Notes: generated by a model from the letters alone, not told the origin. A stretch of 64,000 nt of DNA from an uncultured bacterium (GCA_963729625.1 CAVSOU010000007.1:448001-512000), one strand, 5' to 3'; numbered from the stretch's first letter, positions 21,883 through 33,900 are shown. Numbers and translations: made by a program.

Positions 21883-22041
21883 CTACTTGCTCGATAGAAT
21901 ACGATTCAGGGTCGTGCCGCAGACAGGGCACTTGCCCTGCAGTGCAGGTCGCCCGTTCTTCATCGTCACCTGTTTGGCATCGACAATTGCGCGTTTGGCC
22001 TTGCACTTCACGCAGTACGCTTCGGGATTCTCGCCTGCCAT
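21883..22041 (-). CDS. DUF5679-like small zinc-ribbon protein (52 aa, not in the ORF track)
   Basis: Manual translation MAGENPEAYCVKCKAKRAIVDAKQVTMKNGRPALQGKCPVCGTTLNRILSSK*; AGGGGGAG RBS upstream. Confidence 0.9.
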   Translation of the reverse strand: MAGENPEAYCVKCKAKRAIVDAKQVTMKNGRPALQGKCPVCGTTLNRILSSK

Positions 22042-22467
22042 GCCAGATTCTCCCCCTATCGCCTCGTAGCGATCAAGACTAAGAATAGATGGACGGCTGC
22101 CGTCCTAGGTGCACCGGGACGCACGCGTCCCGGCCAGGGGAAACGCCAGCGGGAAGCCTGCCCCCCGCGCAGTGCCTGTTCCCTGTCCAAAGTGAATATA
22201 GCGAGGAAGCGTGTGCAGCGCACAGCGCGGCAGCAGGAAATAGGCGAGAAAAGCAAGATCTCCGGCTTGGCGTGTGCCGGAACCTGCGGTCTCGATGTTG
22301 ACACCGCTTCGACCTGGGGCTCGAGGATGTCGTGTCGCCGGCTCTGGCTTGGCCTCGGTGTGGTGTAACGGATTGAGATGGCCAAACGTTATTCCTGTAC
22401 AGTAGGACATTGGGTGCAGGGCCTTTGCCAGGGGGCGCGACCGCAAGGCTGTAACGAGGACAGGCAC

Positions 22468-24810
22468 GTGGAGCCGGATGACGTGACATCGCCGCAGGAG
22501 CCCACGCCAGTGACTCGTCGCGTCCGCAAACGCCTGTGGCGTGCGATTCGCTGGCTGCTGGCGATAGTAGCGATGCTCCTCGTTCTGCTGGCGGCGGGCG
22601 TGCTCGCGCTGTTCTGGGTGTATCCCCTGCCCGACAACCTGAACGCCTACCTGCCGGCTCCCAGCACTCGGATCATGGATCGCACCGGCAAGGTGCTGTT
22701 TGAAGTCGTAGGGCCCGGCGGCCGCAGGGTGACAGTAGCGCTGGATCACATCCCGGCCGCGTTGCGCCAGGCGACAATCGCGGCCGAGGACGCGTCGTTC
22801 TACCACAACCCCGGGATCGACGCCGGGGGCATCGTGCGGTCGTTGCTGCTTGACGCACGCCTGCAGACGCCTGCCTATGGCGGGAGCACGATCACACAGC
22901 AGCTTGTCCGCACCATTCTGCTCAGCCCCTCCGAACGCGACCAGCGCACGCTGAGCCGGAAGCTGCACGAGGCCTCGCTGGCGCTGCAACTATCCCTGCG
23001 GATGTCGAAGGACGATGTGCTCGCGCTGTATCTGAACAACGTCTACTATGGGAATCTCGCCTATGGCGTGGAAGCGGCGGCGGAAGCGTACTTCGCGCGG
23101 CCGGTTTCGACATTGGATCTGGCCCAATGCGCCCTGCTGGCAGGTATTCCCCGCGCGCCCACGTACTATAATCCGCTGATCTCGCCGGAAGCGGCGAGAG
23201 CCCGTCGCCGAGCGGTGCTTCGCCTGATGCTCAAGGACCGCTACATAACCGCCACGCAGGACCGGCTAGCCGAGGAGGAGCCGTTGGCATTGGCCGCGAA
23301 CGGCGCCGTCCTGCAGGCCCCGCACTTCGTGTACTACGTGGTATCGCAGATCGAACAGACGTACGGTCACGAGGCCCTCGAGCAAGGAGGGTTGCAGGTG
23401 ATCACCAGCCTCGACCTCAATCTGCAGCGGCAAGCCGAGGCGATTGTCCAGCAACACGTGGCCGCGCTGGGCAAGAACAACAACGTGCACGACGGGGCCC
23501 TGGTCGCGATCGACCCGAGCACCGGGCAGGTCCTGGCGATGGTCGGCAGTGCCGGCTTCTCCGATCAGAGCATTGACGGCGCAGTAAACGTCGCGCTCGC
23601 GCTCCGGCAGCCGGGGTCGGCGATCAAGCCGTTCACCTACGCGGCCGCGTTCGCGCGGGACTACACGCCGGCAACCGTCGTCGACGATGCGCCGACCGCG
23701 TTTCGGACAAAAGAAGGGCTGCCATACGTGCCACAGAACTACGATCTGCTGTTTCACGGCCCGGTAACGCTGCGGACGGCCCTGGCGAACTCGTATAACG
23801 TGCCGGCGGTCAAGGTCCTCGCTCACGTCGGCATGGCGGCCATGCTGGATGTCGCGCACGCCGCCGGCATAACTACAATGAACGACGTGCATCGCTACGG
23901 GCTGGCTTTGACGCTGGGGGGTGGAGAAGTGCGGCTACTGGACCTCGCCGACGCCTACGCCACTTTCGCGACCGGCGGCACGCACCACGATCCGGTCTCC
24001 ATTCTGCGCGTTACAGATGGCAGCGGACGAGTCCTCTACCATTGGCAACCAACCACCGGGCGCAGGGCAATCAGCCCACAGGTCGCGTATCTGATCACGA
24101 GCATTCTCTCCGATAACCTTGCCAGGATGCCGGAATTTGGAGACGGCAGCCCGCTCCTGCTCGACCGCCCGGCCGCTGCCAAGACCGGCACGACAAGCGA
24201 CTTTCATGACAACTGGACCGTGGGATATAGCCCAGACCTCACGGTAGGCGTGTGGGTGGGGAATGCCGATAATACTGCCATGCGTGACGTCTCGGGCATC
24301 AGCGGGGCGGCACCAATCTGGCACGACTTCATGGAGACGGCGCTTCGCGGCATACCGTGGCGCGAGTTCGCCGTGCCGCCAGGAATCGTACACGAGACGA
24401 TCTGCCCAGCCACGGGTCGGCCGCCCGACGCTTCGTGCACGAACCGGAGGGACGAGGTGTTCGTCGCCGGAACCCAGCCGCGCCGCGCGGCTCGCGCGAC
24501 TGCAACGCAAGCGGTCGTGGCATTGGGCGCTCCGCCGAATGGCGCTCAATACCAGATCAGCCTGTCCATTCCGTTGCAGTACCAGGCGATACCAGTCGAT
24601 GTGCAGTCAACTGCCATCGTGGCAGGAAGTTTGGAGATTCTCGTCGATGGGCGCCCGGCAGCACGACTGCCGGGGGAGAATGGGGAATGGTACTGGCATC
24701 TGCAGGCAGGCTCGCATCGCATCCTGGCAACCGGTCGCGATGCATCTGGGCGTCTCGTGCGAAGCGGCGTGGTAACAGTGCAGGTGGAGAAGCCGCAACC
24801 GCCCCCCTAG
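22468..24810 (+). CDS. pbpC: Penicillin-binding protein 1C-like (transglycosylase/transpeptidase)
   Basis: EDASFY, GGSTITQQL, RKLHE; SAIK, SYN, KTGT; C-terminal Ig-like domain; adjacent to alpha-2-macroglobulin. Confidence 0.88.
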   Translation: MEPDDVTSPQEPTPVTRRVRKRLWRAIRWLLAIVAMLLVLLAAGVLALFWVYPLPDNLNAYLPAPSTRIMDRTGKVLFEVVGPGGRRVTVALDHIPAALRQATIAAEDASFYHNPGIDAGGIVRSLLLDARLQTPAYGGSTITQQLVRTILLSPSERDQRTLSRKLHEASLALQLSLRMSKDDVLALYLNNVYYGNLAYGVEAAAEAYFARPVSTLDLAQCALLAGIPRAPTYYNPLISPEAARARRRAVLRLMLKDRYITATQDRLAEEEPLALAANGAVLQAPHFVYYVVSQIEQTYGHEALEQGGLQVITSLDLNLQRQAEAIVQQHVAALGKNNNVHDGALVAIDPSTGQVLAMVGSAGFSDQSIDGAVNVALALRQPGSAIKPFTYAAAFARDYTPATVVDDAPTAFRTKEGLPYVPQNYDLLFHGPVTLRTALANSYNVPAVKVLAHVGMAAMLDVAHAAGITTMNDVHRYGLALTLGGGEVRLLDLADAYATFATGGTHHDPVSILRVTDGSGRVLYHWQPTTGRRAISPQVAYLITSILSDNLARMPEFGDGSPLLLDRPAAAKTGTTSDFHDNWTVGYSPDLTVGVWVGNADNTAMRDVSGISGAAPIWHDFMETALRGIPWREFAVPPGIVHETICPATGRPPDASCTNRRDEVFVAGTQPRRAARATATQAVVALGAPPNGAQYQISLSIPLQYQAIPVDVQSTAIVAGSLEILVDGRPAARLPGENGEWYWHLQAGSHRILATGRDASGRLVRSGVVTVQVEKPQPPP

Positions 24811-24868
24811 CGGACGGACCGTCACGGGTGTCATTATAGAAACAGCATCGAAAGGATGGTGGTGTTCA

Positions 24869-27800
24869 ATGCGTAACCCGCTTCTTGCCCACTGCTCTCG
24901 CGCCGTCGTTCGACTCTCCGTCGCCGTCGTCTTGCTTGCCGGCACGCTCGGACAAGCCGGAACATCAGCAGTTGCTGCGCCATCGCTGCGTGTGACGAAC
25001 AGCACGCCAGGCGCGGGCGCGGTGGATGTGCCGACGACGAGCTTCGTGTCCCTGACCTTCGACCACACGATGGTCGCCCTGGGGGATGTCGGTGTGGCGG
25101 GAGCTCATGCGCCGGCTACGATCTCTCCGGCGACGTCGGGACAAGGCAGGTGGGTCAATACGAACATCTGGTCCTATCAGTTGCCTGCCGGCCTGGCGCC
25201 CGCTACGCGATATCACGTGGCAACCGCGCGCAACCTCGCGGCTCTTGACGGTTCGACGCTGGCCGTGCCGTATGCGTTTTCATTTGACACGCTGCGGCCG
25301 AACGTACAAACGACGGCGCCGGTGAACAACACGCTCCACGTGCGTCCTGTCGATAGCGTGCAGGTTGTCTTCAACGAGCCGGTGCGCCCGGCCACGGCAG
25401 AAGCGGCCTTCTTGCTACGGGTCAACGGGCACGCAGTGACAGGGAGATTCTCGTGGAATGGTCCCCTGTTGGCCACGCAATCGAACGGCAGCACCGCGGC
25501 GGTGCCGGCTTCCGACTCGGGCGCGCCCGCGCCAGCCAAGAACACCGTGATGACGTTCCACCCGACCAAGGCGTTCCCGCTGGGAGCCAAAGTCGATGCT
25601 TCCGTCGGTTCGGGGGTGCGTTCACTCGGCGGGCCGCTACCCATGGCGTCGGCAGTTCGGTGGCACTTCGGCGTCACCGGGTCGCTTGTCGTGACGGGCA
25701 GCACGCCGGTCAGCGGTGAAACAAACGTCAACACGGCCAACGGGATCACGGTGCAACTCTCCGCACCGGCTGATCAGAATCGCATGCAGAAGGCCATACA
25801 CATCAGCCCGACAGTTGACTACTCCTATGTGTATCTCGACGACTCCGGCACGAAGGTCACGATCAACGGCGACTTCCTGCCATCTACCAGGTACATCGTC
25901 AGTATCGCGCGAGGCGCAATTGGAACGGCCCGACAGTCGCTGTCCAGCCCATATGACCTGGCGTTTACCACGCAGCAGGCATCGCCGAGCGTTTCGCTGG
26001 TGAGCCAGGGACCGGGCGCCATGTACAACGCATATATCGGGGCCAGGGTCTATGCGCGCGCCGTGAACGTGCCAAGCTTCACGCTCAATCTCTACAGGCT
26101 GACGGCTTCCGAGTTTCAGCGATTGCTCGCCAACCCACCCTCCCGATGGGATGGATCTGCCCCAAACGGCGCACCGATGCTTGCAACGTGGCAGATCGGC
26201 TCGCAGGCAGCGCCCAACAAGTCGCTGCTGGTATCCCAGTCGTTGACTGCCAATGGCGCTCCGGTGCCGCCGGGTTACTACCTGGTCAACGCATGGACGG
26301 AGTTGAACGGCGCCGTACCTGCCGACCATCTGCTGATCCTGGTGACGCGCACGTCGGCCACGTTCAAGGTCGGCCAGAATCAGGTTTTCGTCTGGGCTAC
26401 CGATCTCAAGTCGGGAAAGCCCGTGGCTGGCGAGTCGGTTCGCGTGATTGACTCCAACACGTCGCGGGTATGGGCATCGGGCGTCACGAACCACGACGGC
26501 ATCTTCCAGCAGACGGTGCGAAGTGTGGCGGGCACTGACTCCCTGCTCCAACATTCCATGATGGCACAGCTGAGCGATGGCTCCGACGTGTCGGCTTGCT
26601 CGCTCGATTGGAACAGCGGGATCGGGCCATGGGACTACCAGCTGCCGTTCAGCAGCTATCTCCAGCCCATTCGCGTGCAACTGACGACCGAGCGACCGAT
26701 CTACCGGCCGGGCCAGACCGTCTACTTCAAGGGAATTGCTCGTCTCGACGCTGACGGCCGCTACTCCATGCCCGCGGCAGGTACCTCGGCCACTGTGACG
26801 ATTCAGGATCCTCGCCAGGGGACGGTCTACCAGCAACGCCTCCCGCTGGATAGTTTCGGTGGGTTCAGCGGCAAGCTCGCGCTCAGCCCGGCCGCGTCCA
26901 CGGGGTACTTCGATTTGAGCGCGAAGATCGGAGTGAGCAGCGCTGACGTCAGTTTCCAGGTTGCGGCATATGCAAAGCCAAACTACGCCGTGACCGTGAT
27001 CAGCGACCGAGGCGAAAACGCCAACTACACACAGGGCGAGAAGGTCGGTGTGCAGGTTCGCGCGCACTACTACTTCGGCGCGCCGCTCTCGAATGCGCCG
27101 GTCACCTGGGATTTGACGGAGAACGACTTTACGTTCTCCAGCGTTCAGTTCCCCGACTACAGTTTCGGGGACAACGATTATGTGGACCTCATGAACTACC
27201 AGGGATCGAACGGGCAGGAGGTGACGCAGGGGAGCGGCAAGACCGATAGTCACGGTGACTTCCACTTCGTGGTCCCCGCGAACATCAAGGCGACCTCGAG
27301 GAGCCAGCAATTCACGCTGGAAGCAATTCTCACCGGCCCAGACAATCAGCAGGTGGCACAGAGCACGCAAGTCGTGGTGCACAAGTCGTCCGTCTATATC
27401 GGGCTAAAGCCGGCAGGCTACCTGCAGATCGCGGGCAAGCCGAACGTGATCGGGGTGATAAGCGTCTCGGACGATGACAAGCACGTGGCGGCAGGCACGC
27501 CAGTCACGCTCAAGCTCTACAAGCGTGTCTGGCTCAGCAGCTTCGTGCGTGACAGTAGCGGCAACTACTACTGGCAGGACAGCCACAAGGACACGCTTGT
27601 GCGCGTCTCCTCACTGCACACCAATGGCCAGGGCAAGGCCGACGCGCTGATCACGCCGGCCGACGGTGGCGAGTACATCGTGGAGGCGATTGCTAGCGAC
27701 CCAGCCGGACGAACGTCGAGCAGCAAGTTGTCACTCTGGGTACTCGGGACCGGCGAGACGTACGTGCCGTGGCAGCCACAGAACAACGATCGGATCCGCC

Positions 27801-30523
27801 TGGTAGCGGACAAGCAAAACTACAAGCCAGGCGACGTGGCCCACATTCTGGTGACCGCGCCGCTGGCAGGCATGACGGCGCTGGTCACCGTGGAGCGCGG
27901 CACCGTGCTGTCTCACATGCTGCTCACCCTGCCCTCCAACAGCTCGACGATTAGCCTGCCGATCACAGGGCTCTACGCACCCAACATTTTCGTCTCGGTC
28001 ACGCTGGTCAAGGGTCCCGGCAAGGACACCAGTATTCCCGTCTGGAGAATGGGCTACGTCGCCCTTCCGGTGGACGTGTCAGCCCATACTCTTCACGTGA
28101 CGGTTCACGCCTCCGCTAGCAAGGCCGCGCCCGGGCAACGGGTGACCTTTACGGTTCACACAGCGGACAGTCAGGGACGCCCGGTACAGGCCCAGCTGGC
28201 CGTGAGCCTGGTCGACAAGGCCGTGCTGGCCCTGGCCGCGAGCCAGAACACGAGCCTGATGGATACGTATTACTCGCAACGCGATCTGGGCGTGGAGAGC
28301 GCGGCAACGCTCAACCTGTATATCGATCGTCTGAATCTGAATCAGACGGTTGGGTCGAAAGGCGGCAGCGGCGGCGGGGGCGGCCCTGCCGGCCCAACTC
28401 GAGTCAAGTTTCCCGATACCGCGTATTGGAACCCCTCGTTGGTGACGAACGCGGCCGGTAACGCATCGATCACGGTCACACTGCCGGACAATCTGACTAC
28501 CTGGACCTTCAGCGCAGCCGGCGGCACGCAATCGACGCTTGTTGGCGAGTCGACCATGGACCTGATCAGCACGAAGGACCTTTTGCTCGAGGCGGCTTTG
28601 CCGCGATTCCTCACGGTCGGCGACTCGACCATGGGCGGCGCCGTCGTAGACAACCTGACCGGCTCGACGCAGAAGGTGGCAGTGACCTTGCATGCCAGCG
28701 GGTCAAGCTCAGGCACCGACCTCCACGCCGCCGTCAGCGTCCCCGCGGGCGGCTCACAGCTCGTCCAGTGGCCGATCGCGGCGTCCGCGATAGGACCGAG
28801 GACATTTCTCATCTCCGCGCAGGCGGAAAGCAGCGCAGGCCTCGGTGACAGGCTCCAGGTAACCGTGCCGGTACACGCAAACAGCATTCCGGTCACCGCG
28901 GCGACCAGCGGCCTCTTCAGGACATCGGTCAATCAGCGTGTCGTCGTGCCGGCCGACGCGGTGCCGGGAGAAGGTGCGCTCACGGTCACCCTGTATCCAA
29001 CGCTCGTGTCCAGCCTGGGGCCGGCTACGAGCTTCCTGGCTCAATACCCTTATGGCTGCAACGAGCAGATCACCAGCCAGGTCTACGGGCTGGCCGAGGC
29101 CAACCGGCTGCCACGGTCCGTGAGCGGTGTGAATCCGAGTCTCGCCCAGAGCCTGGCGTCAAACGCGCGCGTGACCTTGCAAACGCTCTACAACGACCAG
29201 AACGGCGACGGAGGGTGGGGGTGGTGGCCTGAGGGCATGAGCGACCCCTTCGTCAGCGCGTGGGTGGTCGACGGCATGTTGACACTCCACAGCCTTGGCT
29301 ATCCCGTGGATACCAAGATCTTGAAGCGCGGTACGGCCTTCCTTGCAAGCTGGGCGCTTAAGCCAAGCTCATCGCCGACCTTCAACTACCTCGAGGCATC
29401 CACCTACACGTACGACCTGCAGTCGTACGTGGTCTACCTGCTCGGTCGTGCCGGCACGCCTGATCCTGGCCTTGCCTCGACGCTTTTCTCATCGAGGCAG
29501 AACATCCTGCCATTCGCGCGGGCCTACCTGGCCCTGGCCATCGCCCAGATGTCGGGTACTGGCGACCCGCGTGTGAAAGCGCTCATCGACGAAATAGGGG
29601 GCGCGGCGCAGCAGTTCGACAACCAGGCTCATTGGTCGGACAAATCACCGGACTGGCTGATGATGGAGGAGAGCGTCTCAGCTACGTCGGCCATCCTGGA
29701 CGCGCTGATTCGTCTCGACCCGAAGAATCCGCTGGTGGTGGCCGCCACGAGATGGCTGATGGTCCAGCAGCAGCACCAGGGCTGGTGGGGCTCGACCTTC
29801 AGCACCTCGTTGTCTATTCGTGCACTGGTAGATTATGCCGTGCGCAACCAGCCCTCCGGCGGGCCCAGCGCATTCAGCGTGCAGGTCGACGGCAAGACGA
29901 TCGGTTCGGGTTCCATCTCGGATGCCAATCGGGGCATGCCGCGCACCTTCTCCGTGCCGCTGGCAGCGCTGAAGGCCGGTGGCAGCACGGTGACCCTGCA
30001 GCAGCGGGGCGGAGGCGGACAGCTCGCCTATATCGTCTCGCTCGACACCTACCAGCAGGTCACCAAGGTGGCGCCGGTCGAGCACGGCATCATCGTGGGC
30101 CGGCAATACCAGGCCATAGCGGGAAGCCACAGCCAGGCCGGATCGGATGTGCGGGTGGTGCTGACCGTGACGGCGCCCGAGGATCTGTACTATGTCCAGG
30201 TCGAGGACCCGCTGCCGGCGGGCGCGGAGGCGGTCGATCCGTCGCTGCGCACTACGAGCATCCTGAGCAGCCTCACGTCGCAGACGAAGATCCCGGCCGG
30301 CACGTCAGACCTGAGCTGGTACGTCTCCCACGCGGAGCAGCGTGACGATCGCGTGGCCTTGTTCGCCGACTTCCTTCCCGCGGGCACGTATCAGTACAGT
30401 TATCAGCTGCACCTCACCAGCGCCGGCACGTATCACGACCTGCCGACGCAAGCGCAGCTGCTCTACTTCCCCGATGTTTACGGGCACGGCAGCGGAAAGC
30501 TGTACACAATCACGGCTCACTAG
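24869..30523 (+). CDS. Bacterial alpha-2-macroglobulin with N-terminal Ig-like domains
   Basis: TERPIYRPGQ, FPDTAYWNP, LPDNLTTW, thioester YPYGCNEQ, QNGDGGWGWW, EDPLPAGAE. Confidence 0.95.
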   Translation: MRNPLLAHCSRAVVRLSVAVVLLAGTLGQAGTSAVAAPSLRVTNSTPGAGAVDVPTTSFVSLTFDHTMVALGDVGVAGAHAPATISPATSGQGRWVNTNIWSYQLPAGLAPATRYHVATARNLAALDGSTLAVPYAFSFDTLRPNVQTTAPVNNTLHVRPVDSVQVVFNEPVRPATAEAAFLLRVNGHAVTGRFSWNGPLLATQSNGSTAAVPASDSGAPAPAKNTVMTFHPTKAFPLGAKVDASVGSGVRSLGGPLPMASAVRWHFGVTGSLVVTGSTPVSGETNVNTANGITVQLSAPADQNRMQKAIHISPTVDYSYVYLDDSGTKVTINGDFLPSTRYIVSIARGAIGTARQSLSSPYDLAFTTQQASPSVSLVSQGPGAMYNAYIGARVYARAVNVPSFTLNLYRLTASEFQRLLANPPSRWDGSAPNGAPMLATWQIGSQAAPNKSLLVSQSLTANGAPVPPGYYLVNAWTELNGAVPADHLLILVTRTSATFKVGQNQVFVWATDLKSGKPVAGESVRVIDSNTSRVWASGVTNHDGIFQQTVRSVAGTDSLLQHSMMAQLSDGSDVSACSLDWNSGIGPWDYQLPFSSYLQPIRVQLTTERPIYRPGQTVYFKGIARLDADGRYSMPAAGTSATVTIQDPRQGTVYQQRLPLDSFGGFSGKLALSPAASTGYFDLSAKIGVSSADVSFQVAAYAKPNYAVTVISDRGENANYTQGEKVGVQVRAHYYFGAPLSNAPVTWDLTENDFTFSSVQFPDYSFGDNDYVDLMNYQGSNGQEVTQGSGKTDSHGDFHFVVPANIKATSRSQQFTLEAILTGPDNQQVAQSTQVVVHKSSVYIGLKPAGYLQIAGKPNVIGVISVSDDDKHVAAGTPVTLKLYKRVWLSSFVRDSSGNYYWQDSHKDTLVRVSSLHTNGQGKADALITPADGGEYIVEAIASDPAGRTSSSKLSLWVLGTGETYVPWQPQNNDRIRLVADKQNYKPGDVAHILVTAPLAGMTALVTVERGTVLSHMLLTLPSNSSTISLPITGLYAPNIFVSVTLVKGPGKDTSIPVWRMGYVALPVDVSAHTLHVTVHASASKAAPGQRVTFTVHTADSQGRPVQAQLAVSLVDKAVLALAASQNTSLMDTYYSQRDLGVESAATLNLYIDRLNLNQTVGSKGGSGGGGGPAGPTRVKFPDTAYWNPSLVTNAAGNASITVTLPDNLTTWTFSAAGGTQSTLVGESTMDLISTKDLLLEAALPRFLTVGDSTMGGAVVDNLTGSTQKVAVTLHASGSSSGTDLHAAVSVPAGGSQLVQWPIAASAIGPRTFLISAQAESSAGLGDRLQVTVPVHANSIPVTAATSGLFRTSVNQRVVVPADAVPGEGALTVTLYPTLVSSLGPATSFLAQYPYGCNEQITSQVYGLAEANRLPRSVSGVNPSLAQSLASNARVTLQTLYNDQNGDGGWGWWPEGMSDPFVSAWVVDGMLTLHSLGYPVDTKILKRGTAFLASWALKPSSSPTFNYLEASTYTYDLQSYVVYLLGRAGTPDPGLASTLFSSRQNILPFARAYLALAIAQMSGTGDPRVKALIDEIGGAAQQFDNQAHWSDKSPDWLMMEESVSATSAILDALIRLDPKNPLVVAATRWLMVQQQHQGWWGSTFSTSLSIRALVDYAVRNQPSGGPSAFSVQVDGKTIGSGSISDANRGMPRTFSVPLAALKAGGSTVTLQQRGGGGQLAYIVSLDTYQQVTKVAPVEHGIIVGRQYQAIAGSHSQAGSDVRVVLTVTAPEDLYYVQVEDPLPAGAEAVDPSLRTTSILSSLTSQTKIPAGTSDLSWYVSHAEQRDDRVALFADFLPAGTYQYSYQLHLTSAGTYHDLPTQAQLLYFPDVYGHGSGKLYTITAH

Positions 30524-30551
30524 CGAACGGGCAGAATGCAGGCCTCCGCGA

Positions 30552-30590
30552 AATCCCGTCTCCCACCCACCCGCGCTGGGAGACGGGATT
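30552..30590 (+). terminator. 14-bp-stem hairpin downstream of alpha-2-macroglobulin
   Basis: AATCCCGTCTCCCA-11 nt-TGGGAGACGGGATT; no clear U tract. Confidence 0.6.
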
Positions 30591-30910
30591 GCGCGCCATT
30601 GGAGTCCTGGCGTCTCAGCTGCCCAGGTCGGGGGGTAGGGTCACGTTGCAGGCGGCACGGTGGTCATGGCCTCCCTGCTTGATGCATGCGCCGAGGCCGT
30701 CACGAGCCGCCCCTGAGCAGCTGAACACCGGCCGCTGCGAGGCGGACCGTGGAGCACCAGAAGATCGGGGTGCGGTTAACCAGCCTTGACCCGCCATGGC
30801 TGAGCTTGCCGTACAATACTCTCGTGGTCAGCTTGTCATTCTCCCATCCATGACCATGAGACAGCGCCACATCGGATGTATCCGGCAAATCCTCAAGGAG
30901 TATCCGCCCA

Positions 30911-33900
30911 GTGACTGGACACGATGCGAAGCCGCACCTCAGTGACGACGGCGCCACAGAGCGCACCGATCCGCTGACCGGCGCCCTGCCTCGCGAAGCG
31001 CTCGCATCGGTGTTCGACACCGCCCAGCACGTCGCTACCTCAATCGGCCTGCTGATGATCGACCTGGATAACTTCAAAAGCATCAATGATGCATTTGGCC
31101 ATGCAACCGGTGATGTCGTGCTCCAGACGTTTGCGGCGGATGCTCGCTCGGTGCTCCGTACGAATGATACGCTGATTCGCTACGGCGGCGACGAGTTTGT
31201 TGTCGTGCTGCCCAGTGCGTCGCTGGCCGCGGCACATGAGGTGGCCGAGCGCGTGCGGATCTCCGTTGCCGGTCACGCCATGCCGACCACGCCGCCCCTC
31301 ACAGTGACCATCAGTGTCGGCTGCAGCTGCACGGACGCCACCACACCGCAGCTCTCGCTCACCGACCTGCTGGCACAGGCTGACGGTCGTCTCTATCAGG
31401 CGAAACGGCGCGGGCGCAATCAGGTCGTTTCGGTCGAGGACGTACCGTCGGCTGCCGAAGCGGCGGAGGTGGCCGCCGACACGCAGGGGCGCTTGATCGA
31501 GCGCGACGGTGCGTTCACTCAGGCGCTGACCTGGCTTGACGCAGTGTTGGCCGGAGAACGGGGACTCCTGCGCGTCGTAGGCGCGCCCGGCGTCGGAATG
31601 TCCCGCTTCCTGGAGGCGGTGGCGCGCATGGCGCACTTACGTGGCTACCAGGTGCTGACGCTCACCGGCAGCCCGGCACTGCGCTTTCGGCAGTATGGGG
31701 CGCTTTCGGACGCGTTGAGCAGCGCGCCGAGTGGCGAGCAGCATGACGCGCACGAGCTGTTGGAGGTTCCGGCGCCAGGCGAGGCCAGGGGATTCCTGGT
31801 GATCCTCGACCGCGTGAGCGACATTGACGCGTCAACACTGGAGCTTGTCTGGCAATTGGTCGCGCATCCAGGCGCTGGGCGCATTGGAGTGGTCGTGGGC
31901 CACAACCCGGCGGCAGCGGAGGTAGGCCGGCTGCCGGACCTACCCGTCAGGGCTGAAGTGCTGTTGCAGCCCTTCAGCGTATCCGGATTGCAGGTGTGGC
32001 TGCGCACGGCGCTTCGCTGGGAGGCGCCAACCGATTTCAGCACCTGGCTGTATGCCCAGACCGACGGCTATCCCGCGCTCCTGCAGGCAGCGCTGCAGCA
32101 CGTGCGTGCTGATGGCCTGCTCATGCGCCAGTCCAATGGTTCCGGGTGGGACGTCAGTCCCCTGTTCCGGGAATACGACCTCCGAGGCCTGCTGCAGCGC
32201 GAGCGCGCGCGTGCCGAGGAGGCGAGCGAGCTCGTGCGGCCCTACGGGCTGCTGGTCGGGCGGACCGACGAGCTCCGCACGATCAAGCAATCGATCGCCG
32301 GGGAGCAGCTGGTTGTGCTGGCTGGGCACGGTGGCGTGGGAAAGACGCACTTGGCCCTGCAAGCGGCAGCCGAGGTGGGCCCGCTATTCGCCGACGGTGT
32401 GGTCGTCGTGCCGCTAGCAGCAACCACCACGGTCGAGTTCGTCGCCCTGGCGCTGGTGCATGCACTTGCGCTGGCCGTCGTCGGTCAGCAGGAGCCGTAT
32501 GCCGTCGCCGTCGAGTACCTGACTGCCCGTGACATGCTGGTGGTGTTCGATGGTGCCGAAGATCTGGCCGGTATTGGCGTGCTTGTCCACGGGCTGCTCG
32601 CGGCAGCGCCGAAGTTGCGGGTTCTGGCCACGACGCGCGACGCGGCAGTCATACACGCGAGATCCATCCTTACGCTGGGCGGACTGCACGATCACGACGA
32701 GATCGTCCGTGCCGATGCCGGGGTGGCGAGCGGCGCCGCGCTCCTCGCCGCGCTCGCTGAGTGCGCGCGCGCGACGCCGGCAAGCAACCTCTACCTACTG
32801 GCGTCGGGTCATGGTGTGCCAGGGACTCTGCCGGACGTGGCCACTGTAACGGCGATACGACGGCTCTGCCGCCTCGTGCACGGCTATCCACTGGCGATCA
32901 AGATGCTGGCCGGCTGGACGACCTTTTTTGGGTATGAGGAACTCGTTGAGCGCGTCACAGAGCAGTTTCAAACAGCTCCCATAGGCGAGGTGCTAGATGA
33001 CGATGAGCCCGAGAACTCTCCCTTGCCGACAGTGTTTGGCTTCTTCTGGACCTTGCTGGCAGAGCACGATCGGCGCTGCATTAGCGGCCTTGCGCTGTTT
33101 CGTGGCGGTTTCACTGCCGAAGCAGCGCGTGAGGTCGCCGGGGCCACACCGTTTCTGCTGGCTGCGCTGGGCGATCGCGCGTTCATTCAGAGCGATCGCG
33201 CAGGCCGCTATCACCTGCACCAGTTGCTGCGCCAGTATGCCTCCACCTGGCTGCAGCAAGATGCGGCAGCGACTGCAGAGCTCAAGCGACGCCACGCGCT
33301 CTGGTACCTTCGCCTGGCCGAGGCAGCAGCCGAGGACATGCGGGGTCCGCACTTCGGTGACTGGGTTGAGCGGCTGGAAGCCGAACTTGACAATTTGCGC
33401 AGCGCGCTGACCTGGGCCCTGCAGCACGCGCCGGGGGCGGGACTGCAAGCGGCCGTGGGGCTGATCGAGTTTTGGCTGGCCGGATTCAACGCACGCGAAG
33501 GCCAGTCGTGGCTGGAACTGACGATTGCGTGCGCGGAAGATAGTGCTGAGGGATTGGCTCCCACGCTGCGCATGACAGCGCTGGGGAGGCTGGGGCGTTT
33601 GGAACGGCATTGCGGTGACACAGATGCTGCCCGCCTCCATTTAGTCGCCGCGGTGGACATGGCTGATGGCGACCAAGCCGGGAGCGATCGCGAGCTCGCC
33701 TACAGCCTGAGCACGCTGGCCAACATCGAATCGGATTTGGCCGCGCATGGGAAAGCTGTCGACCTGGCGCGGGAAGCTATGAACCATGTGCGGCGGATCA
33801 GCTCGCCGAAGGAGGTCGCCTTCACTGCAAACATGATCGTCTGGCCCTTGATTTTTGCTGGCGCCCTCGATCAGGCAAGCCGCGTTGCGGACGAGGGCCT

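Noticed and set aside
25637-27382. Long antisense or overlapping ORFs (e.g. 581 aa here, 504 aa at 37103-38617)
   Set aside because: Typical high-GC shadow ORFs overlapping well-supported genes, with no motifs.
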